Assembly (NCBI GenBank): GCA_905178155.1
Contig: CAJINV010000005.1
Coordinates: 3,230,833 to 3,294,832 of the forward strand
Length of the DNA stretch: 64,000 bases
Reading direction: 5' to 3'
Source: Amoebophrya sp. A120
Taxonomy: Eukaryota; Protista; Dinoflagellata
Notes under the pieces: generated by a model
Seen by the model: only the letters and a program-made list of their open reading frames with translations
Databases searched by the model: none
What the model was told of the DNA's origin: nothing
Position numbers and translations under genes: made by a program
In this document: piece after piece, positions 22,706-33,795 of the stretch
Layout: each line of letters opens with the position of its first letter
Position numbering within the stretch: position 1 is the first letter of the stretch

Positions 22706-23990
22706 TTTTTTCTTGCTTCTCCAGCGCGTCCTCCATTTCCTTTTTCACCATGGCCTCGTGTTCCTCCTGCGTCGGCAGCGTATCCAGCGTGGTGTCTCGC
22801 GGCAGGAGCAGTTTGTAGAGACCATGCTCATCCGGGTACATGTCATTGAGGCCTTTTTCCTCAGGGTCGGCTAGCGACCTGATCTTGTCCATGCCCTGAT
22901 AGACCCGCTCTTTCAGCACGCGCTGCTCCATGTTGAATCGTTCCCGTTCCTTTTCTTTTTCAACGCGGTCTTGTTCCTCTTTTTCCTTTCTGATGCGTTC
23001 TTCCTCCTTCCGCTGCGCTTCCACGGCGTCCGCATCAGCCATTTGCTCAAGCATCTGCCGCTTCGCCTCCAGCTCCGACATCTGCTCTTCCGCCTTCTTT
23101 TTCCCTTCCTCGAGCAGCGACTCCATGGACTGGAGGTTCGACTCCTTGAGGTTAAGGCTTTTCTCGCGCTCCTGGAGTTCTTTTTCCTTCAACTGCTGCA
23201 GTTCCTTCGCGCGCTTCGCTCGCAGTTTTTCCTTTTCCAACCGCGCGAAGTACTCCTCCATGCAGTCGTCTTCCTCGGAGTCGTTTTTGTCGTCTCCGAG
23301 GTCGCCGTCGTTTTTGTAGGTGAAGCACGCGCGGATGCGGACATCCCCTTCGTGGTTCGCCGTGAAGCAGATCGGCCCGTGGAAGCTGGTGTCGGGAACC
23401 TGCTGTGCCTGGTCGACAGCAGTGTCGATCCAGGTCTTCAACAGCTTGTCCTTTTTCATGCTTTTTACATCCGCCTCTTTCTTGACGTCGGCCTCCACCA
23501 GCAGTTTTTTCAGCTGCTTGACGTTGAGGTCACGCAGCAGCACCCAGGTGTCATCCGTGTTCTCGTCCAGCAGCGTGGTTTTGGCGAGACACAGCAGGAT
23601 GCAGAACTTGTGGCGCAGTTTTCCGTTTACCACCCGTCCCGTGATGGTTCCCGTCACCGCCGGGTCGTTCACCGCCGAGCTCTTGTAGTAGTGGACGTCG
23701 TTTTCGCGCGGGAAGGCGAAGTTCGTTTTTCCCTCTCCGAGCTCGTTCACCCGCTGCTCCTGCAGCAGTTCCAGTGCGGCTGTCGTCATGTCGCCGTTTC
23801 CGAAGAGGATGGCTGCACGGTTCACCTGCTGTTTCTTCTCCGCGGTGGCCGCGTTGTACGCCGCGTACCACTTCTCCAGCACTTTCTTCACTCCGCGCGC
23901 AGCAGACAGGTCCGCCAGGCAGAACTGGAACAGTTCCTCCGCGGTCTGCGGCGCCGCGTTGCCGACCGGTCCTTCCGGGAATTTCAACAT
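22662..23990 (-). CDS. Gag-like ORF, N-terminal part (SAP/HeH-like motif plus coiled coil)
   Basis: First ORF of the element; LRDLNVKQLKKLL...KKDKLL motif; E/K/R-rich heptads. Confidence 0.65.
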   Translation of the reverse strand: MLKFPEGPVGNAAPQTAEELFQFCLADLSAARGVKKVLEKWYAAYNAATAEKKQQVNRAAILFGNGDMTTAALELLQEQRVNELGEGKTNFAFPRENDVHYYKSSAVNDPAVTGTITGRVVNGKLRHKFCILLCLAKTTLLDENTDDTWVLLRDLNVKQLKKLLVEADVKKEADVKSMKKDKLLKTWIDTAVDQAQQVPDTSFHGPICFTANHEGDVRIRACFTYKNDGDLGDDKNDSEEDDCMEEYFARLEKEKLRAKRAKELQQLKEKELQEREKSLNLKESNLQSMESLLEEGKKKAEEQMSELEAKRQMLEQMADADAVEAQRKEEERIRKEKEEQDRVEKEKERERFNMEQRVLKERVYQGMDKIRSLADPEEKGLNDMYPDEHGLYKLLLPRDTTLDTLPTQEEHEAMVKKEMEDALEKQEKTGGGRKTAAPGTAG

Positions 23991-24880
23991 GGTTACAGCG
24001 TGGTGGTGTGTGTGCGGTGTTGAGGAAAGGTTTTAGAATTTAGGGTTAGCTTTGCTTGTTCGATGTTGTCTGCTCTTGGACTTTACAAAAACTCTTTGGC
24101 TTCTAGTTCTAGAACTAAGTGAGTTTTTATTCGCGTTTTAAAGTGGGTGTTAATACTCGCTAGAGTAAAAGTTTTTTGGTATCGACTTAACAGTCAGTAC
24201 CTTCGGCCTGCGTTCGGTTGCGATTCAAACAGCTGCTTGTGGTTGGATCTGTGATCTACGTTTTCGCTCTTAGCATGCTCTATCTTCTATTCGTATACGT
24301 ACTCGGTTTCTTCTGTCATGCTCCCTGTCATGCTTGCCCCTGTAATGCTCGGCATTGCCTCAACTGCCTCTATAGTTGTCTTACGTTCGCTATCGAGTTT
24401 CGATCTCGCACGCGCTCTTTCGATTTGATCTGATTTTTGATCGTGCACTTGCGTGCATGCCAACAAGGCATTTCCCACTAAGCTTGCCCAGACGCCCGGT
24501 GCCCGTGCTCAGCACACCGGCGCGTCTCGTCGGCCATTCGGAGTTCCGTGTTTTCCCTGGAGTTCACCATCAGAAGCGGCTCACCCAGAGGGCGCAAGTA
24601 TGGCGTTATGCCGCCATCTAACCCTGGGGCCGAATCTGGCTGTCCCCCGGTGCCACCCGGGTTCCTGTGTTGCCGTTTACGACATGCGTTTGTATTTCCT
24701 GTGTCGGCCCGCTGTCGCGCCGCGGGTGGCCCCCGGCTCACTTTCGTGAGACCGGGTTTGCCATTAAGCGAGCAACGCTTGCCGGCAGCCAGACACACAC
24801 ATCCGCGGGGGACGGCTCGTCCCCCCGATGCCCTCGGTGCCTTCCCCGTGCTGTTAGCGTACAAGCACGAGGAGGCAGGA

Positions 24881-25116
24881 ACAAACTTCACGATGTTGCC
24901 GCGCCGCAACGTTCGCGAGGTTCCCCGAGCGGAAACACCAACTAACCAACAGCAGTGTGTTCATGTGGACATACGCGTTTGCGTTCGTTGTGCGTGCAAA
25001 TATCGATCGATCGAATCTCACTGATTGCTATAAACCCGATTGCTACTGGGATGGAATGCTCTTATTCGAATTGCATTACAGACTATACCTGGCGGACATT
25101 GGCTCGTGGCGCAGGC
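24881..25116 (-). repeat. Split direct repeat A1 (5' terminus of the element)
   Basis: Copy of 16775-17010. Confidence 0.95.
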
Positions 25117-25242
25117 ATCTTCAATTGCGACGAACTAGCTCATCTTTGTCTCTGCAAGGATGATGAAGGAAATTCACATACGAGAAATCTTCTCTCTGCG
25201 TGTTGAGTGCCTCCGCCCGTATCGTCGCTATTCGTGACCCGG

Positions 25243-26254
25243 CTGAACGTGGTATTGTCATTCGGTCTTCAGCTGCATGTTTTGGCTCCTGTCGGTTTGA
25301 CTGCGTTGTGCAGAAAGTGATTCGGGTCCGTGTACGGTTACGTTATATATATTTAACGATATCGGTCTGAGGCTGAGCTGCACGTGCACGCTGGAAAACG
25401 CACCCAGTAAGTATTCATTTCGTTAAGTACTCAAGTTGGCACTCCTTCTCCTTGCCGTCGGTGTGAGCAACGAGTTCGGTTAGGCCACAACTGAAGCCGC
25501 TGGTCGAACGGGGTTCGTGTATGATCGTAAATAGCAAGACTTGCGATTGTTGTGTTTTTGACCGTCTTGCGTCTGAACTGCCGATTAAGTACATTCTTGA
25601 TTTTTGATTTTTCCGACTTGCTCCAGCTCTCATTGATGATTTTGACTATCCTAATCCCTCTCGGTTCACTTCAAGACCTCCTTTCGACTTGTATTTTTTC
25701 TGTGAATTATCCCTACCTACGACAAATCGACCTGCTAAAACGACCCGCCAAACCGCTCCGAGCAACAACGCAAGCAGGACTAAAACCACCTACGTGAAGA
25801 TCTTATCTTGCAATCAATTGCTTCGAACACAATGACGATCGCCATGAGCTGCATGCCGGACACTTCCGCCGCACCTGCTGAGGCGATTTCTTTACAATTC
25901 CAATTTTCGCAGGGCGAGACGCCGGACTTGGCCGCGTCGACGTGTGGCCAAGACCTTGGTCCACCCACGGCAAAGAAGGACGGACCCAAGACGAGCGACA
26001 AACCCGTGCCCACGGAGGTGCACAACTACATGAAGCGCGCCGGCAAGCGCAAGCAGGTGGTAATGCGCCGCTACAAGAAGCTGGAGCTCCGCTACACCTG
26101 TCAGCTGAGGAACAACAAGAAGACCAAGTTGGGGGCCGCCGCCGCGGCCGCCGGGGCGCAGACCCTTGGCTTTGTGTCGGTCATGGTTGATGGCGTGCAG
26201 GCGGTACGTCCCTCGGCGCCCCAAAACTTGCTGAAGCAGAAGGCGGCGCGCCTG
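25243..26254 (+). repeat. ~1-kb direct repeat, copy 2
   Basis: Aligns to 10783-11776. Confidence 0.85.
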
Positions 26255-27463
26255 GAGGAGCAGCAGCATCGTGTGGGAGGTGGGGCCGCGGCTGCTGCTG
26301 ACGCAATGTCCGCGAATGTTTCGTCCGACGAGGCAGCCATGGCTGATGGACATGTTGACGGAAACTTTTCTGTGGATGATGCGGGCGAGGGACGATCTGA
26401 CGCCACGGCCTCCCCGGCAGAAGATGCTGACCCCGGCTAGAAAAATACTGCATTTCTCGCGAAAACGGAAACGCGTGTGCAGAAGAAGAAATCGTGGGAA
26501 TGGTTTCGCCGCATCATGCCGAAGAAGTCGTGGTTCACGACCCGCTTCCGTACGCCTTTTCTTCAACTCTTTAGTTCGTCTCAACAAAGAACCATTTTTT
26601 GTGTTTCCGTCTACTGTACTCGAACTATGAGTATGTGGAAAAGTGGAGAATGAACAGCGGCCGTCTATCTCTATCATCAAAGTAAATCCGACACGAGGAG
26701 AATTCTGTACTAGTTTCCGTGCTGCATAAGTGTGCATCCGAATACTTGTTCCTATTACTTACAATCCAGATTGCAGTGGCGCCACGTGGAAGGATTTCCG
26801 TGAGGGCGTTTGCGACAAATTATGCCGTGACCAGACCGCCACCGCAGTCCATGCCTGCCAGCGGATGCCGTTTTTGTGGCTCCGTAGATCAAGATGCATG
26901 TCGATGATCGACTTTTTCACTTGTAGTCATGTTATATTATTTATCTGGTAGTGTCAGTGTGGTCCTGCCTGCCGACGGCGGGAAAAACACATCTGGTACC
27001 GACGTACAGACAAGGCTGGTAAGTTCTCTGATTGCCGGGACGATAAACGAGGGCGCCTCGGACTTAAAAGTTGGATACTACCTATTGTAAATTCGTGGAA
27101 AAAAAGCAGCATTGATTCCGAGTGACATTACTTCGTTGGCAGTACGACTTCGTTTGGCTATTTTCATTTGTAAAGGAAGTTGCAGGCAACTTGGTTGAAG
27201 CGGTAGCAAGTGTTAAGTTCGGGCAACCGGAACCGTCTGAGTCACCACCAGAACCAGCACAGGTCGCACAGGAGTTTCGAGCTTCCCACAACGAACAAAA
27301 CGACTTGGCTACCAACAAGGAACCGGGCCTGCCACATCGCAGCGCGTCACTTTCTAATTATATTCATATCTATTATGATGTTTGTACACGACCAAAACAC
27401 ACAAAGGCTGAGCACAAGCGCCCAGCTCGTGTATACCTAGGTACCGAGTTCATCCGTACTTAA
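25832..27463 (+). CDS. Hypothetical protein, paralog 2 (first exon to ~26440; downstream exons uncertain)
   Basis: MTIAMSCMP... matches the gene at 11363. The first ORF stops at 26440. Possible later exons at ~26770-26920 (WKDFREGVC, cf. WTHFRTNAC) and ~27176-27463. Confidence 0.4.
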
Positions 27464-30022
27464 CTAAAAATCGTTTTTGCGCACGTGCGCCGCTGCCTTT
27501 CGCAAAAGCTGTCTCACTTCATGCGTGCATGGCTTGCTGTGTGTACAGGCGTAAGCGTAGGGATGTGGAGGAGTTGTATGTCCGCGCCGTGCTAGTGCTG
27601 ACCAGAGCACGCAATTTTGTAAATTTCTCTGATATAATCATAACAATTGAGAAATGATGTTGGCTTGCCGGTGCCTCCACGGATACTTACTCGAAAACTT
27701 TGCCTGGTTTTAGAGTCTCTTTTTTCATCCTTGCACCCTTTTCCCGTGCGCCTAGTTTTGCTGGGTGATTATATGTTGCTAGAGGGTCTTGGGGCTCATG
27801 TAGCTAAGTTCCGGTTTTGATGTGGTTCTCGTTAGACAGGCCGCGTCGCGCTTTTTTGCTTCGTGCTGGCGCCGAGTTTGCCTTTGCGAAGCCACCATGC
27901 ATATCGGCGCCCTCCCTAGTAGGAGCGTGTTATAATATTGAGGGTGCCTACGTAGTGTAGATCAACACGGATCACGAATCACGGTGCTTGTCGCTGTTTC
28001 TTCAGAAACATATTTTCATGCCCGAGCGGCCAGCTCCCTAAAAGAAGGACATCGAACGCTACTAAAGTACTGCTGCTCATCTTTGTACCTAAAGATGGCC
28101 GCCGGGTAAGTAATCGGGGCAATTCTATTGCATTGCTACGTCGACGCCTGGGTGTCCGGGCTGCTGTTTCTGTTGGATTGCAACAAATGTTTTTCATGAA
28201 GAGAAGTACCGAGAAAGCGGCTGCCAGTTCACTTCTATCGGGAGAGATTTTTCCAAGCTTCTGGAGCTTCGAGAGCGACCAACTGTTCGTTGGGGCGGAA
28301 TTGCAACGGAGGACGGCACCGCGCACGCCGCCATGGAAATCGCCGCGGAGAGAAAGCGGAGTGCCCGAGATGACCGAAGCGCGGCCTCCCGGGCGTGTAA
28401 AATTCTCGAGCGTGCCTCCTGCACTCCGACGCAGCAGGACGCAGTTGGACCTGAAGTGCAACAAGTCGAAGAGGGTCGCAAGGTGTGCAAGGACAACAAC
28501 AATTTCGCGTACTAGATGAGCCCCGCGGTCGCATCCGCGGACGTGTCGGAGATGAACGCACCAGCAGAGGCTTTTCACTGATGAGCCGGAGCCAGCGACC
28601 CAGTCTGGAACTGGAAGAAGATAGTCTCTTTGACCGGTCACTGTCAAGGAACCACCGGTAATTCCCGATGAAAAATGTCGGCATTTTGAATTTTTTGGAA
28701 CTCAATAAACAATTTATATTTTCGTAAAAACGGACTCAGCTCACCAAGCACAAGCAGCTGATGCATGTCCTCATCATGATAGATTCACTCGCGCGACAGG
28801 GGCTTATGGGACCGGCGCAAAAGAGCTACGGCTGCAGCGATCTCACTTTTCTTTCTGTGAAGATAGCAGACTTTTTTTCGTTTTCTGGTCGGTGGAAGCG
28901 AAGGTAGTGTGTGTCTATCGTAGGACGTGTCTTGTATTCGATGGAGTGTTATTGTATCTATAGCTCCGTTCAGGCCCCTAATATTAATATACAGTTTTTT
29001 TCGTGATCATGTTGACAGTTATTTTTTACGCATCGTCTCTTTGGCTTTATCTTTATGTTTATTGTGGTTTACATCCTCTCTCTGCACCGCAAGTAGTTAC
29101 TTTCGATGTAGGCCGGGATATCCAAATCCAAATCACGTGCAGAGACTGAGTTACACTCGACCACCTCGGTCCTTATTTACAACGAAAAGCTAATGAAATA
29201 GATGTACAGAGAAACAAAGAGAAACAAAATTAAGACGCTCACATGATTTTGAATTGTGAAATATGTCCTCTTTTCCCGCTTTTCTGTGTTGATCAGTGTT
29301 ACTAGTGTAGTTTGTGACAGCGAAGTGATTGCATGCCTGTGCGAGGACGAGCAAGGTCATAGATGTGACAGTCACAATTTCATCAATTTCTCCACGTCGA
29401 CGAGCCGAGAGCTGCTGTACAAGGATTAGCACCAGACGCTGCGGAAAAGTACTACCTTAGCGTTCATCTTCATGCGCCTGTCATTTGCCTTCTCCACTAC
29501 AAGAATGAACGAGGACGTAGCTCTGTGATTCTGCAAGCACTTGAAAAATCGACGCAAAAGTACTAGTCGCAAGCTGCCTTTAACGCACTCCGCACTACAC
29601 AGCAGTGAGTTTGTTAGATGGAAACAGGAGCCCAAAGCCGATCTATGTATAACAAAAGATCTTCGTGGACAAGGAGATCCGATCGAGATAGATGAAGATC
29701 AAAGAAAAGGAAAGAAGTTCCGCTGGGCGATTCAAGAAGTTCCGCTAGGCAATGAGAATTGGTTGGATCAGGTTGTCAGATGCTGGATCAGAAACGAATA
29801 AAGTCTACAATTGATGTAAGTGCTTACTTTCCACCTCATGTTGCACTTGCGAAAGCAGAAAAGAACTACCAGGAATTTGTTTGAACTTGCCTGGCGAGGA
29901 AGGTCACTTTAGTTTACCAACATAAAGAATAAAGATGGAATATTAGAAGAAGAACTTCACATCTTCATCACGCATCTTTATTCGCTTTTCTAGACGGCAA
30001 AATTGAATGAAAACCGAGAAGA

Positions 30023-33000
30023 ATGAGCGGAAACCACGTCATGACATCCAGTTCCACGATGACCACCCCGTCTGCGCCATTTGGTGGCGACACCCAGGAC
30101 GAACAAGAATACCAGCAGCGGGAGCCCTGTTCTATTTCCACGGACAACCGCGCCGCTGTTGATGCAGAACAGGCTGCGCGGGCGACAGCAACTCCGGTTC
30201 AGGACAGAACATCTGCAGGAGGTGAAGATGTTGTAGTTCCTCTCCACCGCGATGATGATGAGACTGAAAATATTAAAGGCGAAGAAGTTCCCGCTGCAGG
30301 AGCTGCCCCTAGAACAACCGGTCCTGCCTCCAAACAGCTGACAACTCGCTCCCCACGACCGGCGTTGCATCATGTTCCCGTTCCCTTGAAGGACCGACCC
30401 AACCACGTCGATTTGGTGCGCGAAGTTTCTGACACGATTTATTTCCGCGGAATTTCGCCCAAATTCCTCACCGACGAAAACTTGATCGAGCTCTTGAACC
30501 ACTTTCGCCCCGTGCGGGAGATCGACCTTGCGGAGCGGCGGACCGCGGGCAGCGGCAGCGTGTGGGCGCGCTATGCGACGGTCGCGGACGCGGGGACGGT
30601 GCTGTTTCACCTACACAAGTTGCAGTTTCAGGGTTACTTTCAGGGCCTCGGGCTGATGACCAGCTTCGAGCTGGGGAGCACGGTCGGTTCCTGGTGCGAA
30701 GAAGTAGGTTCATCTTCCAGTACAAGAACTTCTTGCACACAGAGGACTACAAACACTGAAGCAATGTCCTCAACCTCTTCAGCTGGTGCAAGAACTCCTC
30801 TAGCCGAACCTAACGCCGGATCTAGTACTTCTGCCTCGGGAGCACGACAAGCTACGGCAGCGCCGCGTTTCCGCAGTACCGTGTCGTACAACCCAGTTCT
30901 CCGGCGGATCCAGCCGCTGGCGCAACGGGAGCTGCCGTCGTTGAAGGATTGGCTGCGTTATGCAATACAAATTTCCCGTACATGTACAAGGTGCATCACA
31001 AATTTCACCACTTTAGAGTGTACTATCGCTTGTCATGCTAAACTAGGATCGGAGCCAAGTTTTGTCATGCAGAGACCGCATTTGTACGTGTGCGGGAAAT
31101 TTACTGTGGATATGCGTGACCGCGCGACGGGGCAACTGGACGTGACCGGGAGGTCCGCAGCAAGTAGAGCGGCGGCGGCGGGTGGAGGAGGTGCAAGTGG
31201 GAAAAAAATGAAAAAGGAGAGCACGCAGCAAGCGGGGCTCATCTACGCGACTCCGGACGGTGGAAAAGTGAAGAAGCAGAAGGGGAAAGACAAAAAAGAA
31301 AAGAACAGCACGGCGTCAATTTCCTCTGGCGTAAAAATATCACCCGCAGTGGGTCGTGGAGAGGAGCAAGAAGTAGGGCGACGAGAGAAAAATGTTGTTG
31401 AAACTAGTAGCGACACTTCTCCTGCTGCACCCGCTGGCCCCCTGACAGCGGAGAAAAGACGAAGCAGCAGTAAAGATGAAAAGGCGCAGCGCGGTCAAGA
31501 TACTTGTGATGCAGGACCCAATAAACAAAAGCATTATGATCATCAAGCAGGTCGTCAACAACGTATTGGAAAAGGAGAAAGAAATGCAGCAAAGCCTGTC
31601 CTGCTCACGACTCCAAAAGCTTTCAAGTGGGGTTTCCACACCGCCGCCGGGGACGTGGCCGGGATCGAGGACGGGGAAGAACAAGAAGATCAAGACAGCA
31701 CAGCGCCATCATCTTCATCTACAAGAACGGCTTCCAGAATGAATGAAGACGAAAGTGGTAAGGATCATTTAGAACAAGAAATACAGCTACCTGCGGCCTC
31801 CTCCAAAAGCTCGTTCCAAGAAGGAGAAACCAACAAGGATCTTCAGCATCAAACGCGGGATCAGCCCCCGCACACGAAGGATCATACTAGCAGCCTGCAG
31901 GCCGCCGCAAGAAAGCAAGCGCCGGCGTCGTCGAAGAATGTGGACCAGAAGCAGAAACAAACCGCGATCGCGAAGCAGAGCCCGCCGCAGAAACGCCAAC
32001 TGGTGAAGAATCCGCAGGTGGCGCTTTTTCGCGTGCAGGACATGCAGTACCAGCAAAAGGCGTTTGTGATTAACAAAGAGACCAAATACCCCATGCCGAC
32101 CGGGGTGTACGGGGCCAGGGTGCTGCGGGAGTGCCGGGCGCTGCTGTTTCAAAATTACAGTAGAGAACTATCAAAATCCTTGCAGACGTCGAGAGCCCTG
32201 CTGCGCCGGATCGGGGATGTCGATTTGCTCGGGGGCTTGAAGAACTACGACAAGGTATCGAAAGGAAAAATCCCCCCTCCCCATATCAAAACGGAACTTC
32301 TGATGCTGGATTTGTGTCCACAAATCTGCTTTGTATTGCAGTAAGGCACTGCGGCCAGATCCCCAGGCTAGGTGGGGTGTATGGGTCTAGTTGTTCAGCA
32401 TTGCAAACGGCTGACCTTTAGGCCCAACAGCATGACAAATCGCTTCCATAATGGGGCGGAAGCTTTTGCCCTTGTTTTCTTGCAAGACAAATGTGATTTG
32501 CGACCTCAAATCAGCAACGCAAATTTTCGGTAACGTACCTTCTCGATATGGGGAGGGGGGATGTTTCCTCTCAATACAAGGAAATCTCGGAGTCCATGGC
32601 CATGGTGGACGCGGTCGAACGAGGTCTGCGGTTGCTCACTTTATCCTCGCCCCACGCCCTGCGGAATGTGAACGTATTCGTTCTCGGGGACGGAAAGTAC
32701 GCGCTCACCGCCTGCTGTCTGCGCGCGTTTCTCGGCGGGGAGCGGAGCTCGAAAAAGCAAGAGGTCTTAGCGGAACAGAAGCGAATGCTGTTGCGGGGGC
32801 AAAAGGGTGGAGCTGCATCTTCATCTTCTTCTTCTAGAAGTTCTCCTGCAACAGCAACTGTTGAAAATGGTGCGACAGAACCAGTCTCTGGGAGTGTAGG
32901 AGGAGGATCTTCAAGCTTTTGGGAAGATGTTGAACAGAATCGACACGACGAACACCGTCAAGAAGCCCCCTTGTGTGCTCAGTTAGAAAACATTGAAGCG

Positions 33001-33795
33001 AGCAGCCGGAATTTCGAGCAAACCTGGCGGTGGTTCAGCATCGATCCGATTATGGAGGTGGAGCGAGATCTGTTGGACAACGTCCCGAATTTCCACCAAT
33101 GCCCGCTCATGTCCCAAGACTTTGACATCCCAGCGCAACTGCGGACCGCCGGGTGCGAGGAGACGGCGGTGCGAAGGTTTCAAATGAACGCGGACAAAAC
33201 GGCCTTCGAAGAGGATATCGGAACGAAGATTGTGTGTGAAGCAGTCGATAGTAGTTCTTCGCCAGTCGTCTTCGACAAGAAGATTATCAATGCGCATGAT
33301 GTGGAAGAACGTCAAGTCGAAGAGGAATTTTCCGGTACTACAGGGAACAAAAGTTCCGCCAGCGGTGGACATGATCTTCAACCTGTAAATAAAATGCAAG
33401 ATCACGTGGCCAATGTCGCAGTGGATCACGAGATCATCATGAACGCCGACGAGAAAGTTGCACGGAACGCAAATCATGGCAAAACCGCGACCTCCACTTT
33501 GGTGACGGAGCCCAGCGTGAGTTGTTCCTATGCCGGAAGTAGATCTTCTTGTTCTTACCCCAAGAACGTGTTTCCAGATTCCTCCGAAATCGATGGGAAG
33601 CTGACGATTGTGGTCGCGTGTCACAGCCACGCGCCGCTCCGGGAGTTCTGGCACCGGGTCCCGAAGCCGAAGATCTGCGCGACGCTGCCCTGCTGCGAAA
33701 ACTACAGCGATTTGGGGGTCACGCCGGACCTGCAGTACGACGATTTCGAAGTCTTCACACCAAAAAGACGGGTGCGACTGTACAGGGATATTTAG
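30023..33795 (+). CDS. RRM-containing protein with a putative methyltransferase-like C-terminal domain; exons 30023-30958, 31118-32255, 32582-33795
   Basis: RRM-like TIYFRGISP...LIELLNHFRPVREIDL...SVWARYAT. C-terminal KEISES, VFVLGDG, WFSIDP, ACHSHAPL and LPCC motifs resemble a Rossmann MTase-like family (inference). Confidence 0.65.
30959..31112. mobile_element. Introner family D
   Basis: TIR aaatttcccgtacatgtacaa / ttgtacgtgtgcgggaaattt; TSD tgcgt. Confidence 0.9.
32256..32576. mobile_element. Introner family G
   Basis: TIR ggaaaaatcccccctccccatatc / gatatggggaggggggatgtttcc; TSD caagg, which allows a GT-AG intron at 32255-32580. Confidence 0.9.

Larger units (their letters stand above)
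13809..25116 (-). mobile_element. Tyrosine-recombinase (DIRS-order) retrotransposon with split direct repeats: A1-gag-YR-B1-A2-RT/RH-B2
   Basis: Contains RT/RNase H, YR and gag-like ORFs, with A repeats (236 bp) and B repeats (449 bp) abutting at 17010/17011. There is no TSD. Confidence 0.92.

Noticed and set aside
14412-24043. Long + strand ORFs overlapping the retroelement (e.g. 21123-21944, 22050-22874, 22971-24023)
   Set aside because: They are antisense shadows of GC-rich - strand coding sequence.
24030-24050. Telomere-like tttagggttag
   Set aside because: Only about one unit; expected by chance.
27979-29801. ORFs at 27979-28705 and 29541-29801
   Set aside because: No recognisable motifs or consistent exon chain; possibly a degraded gene, but unsupported.
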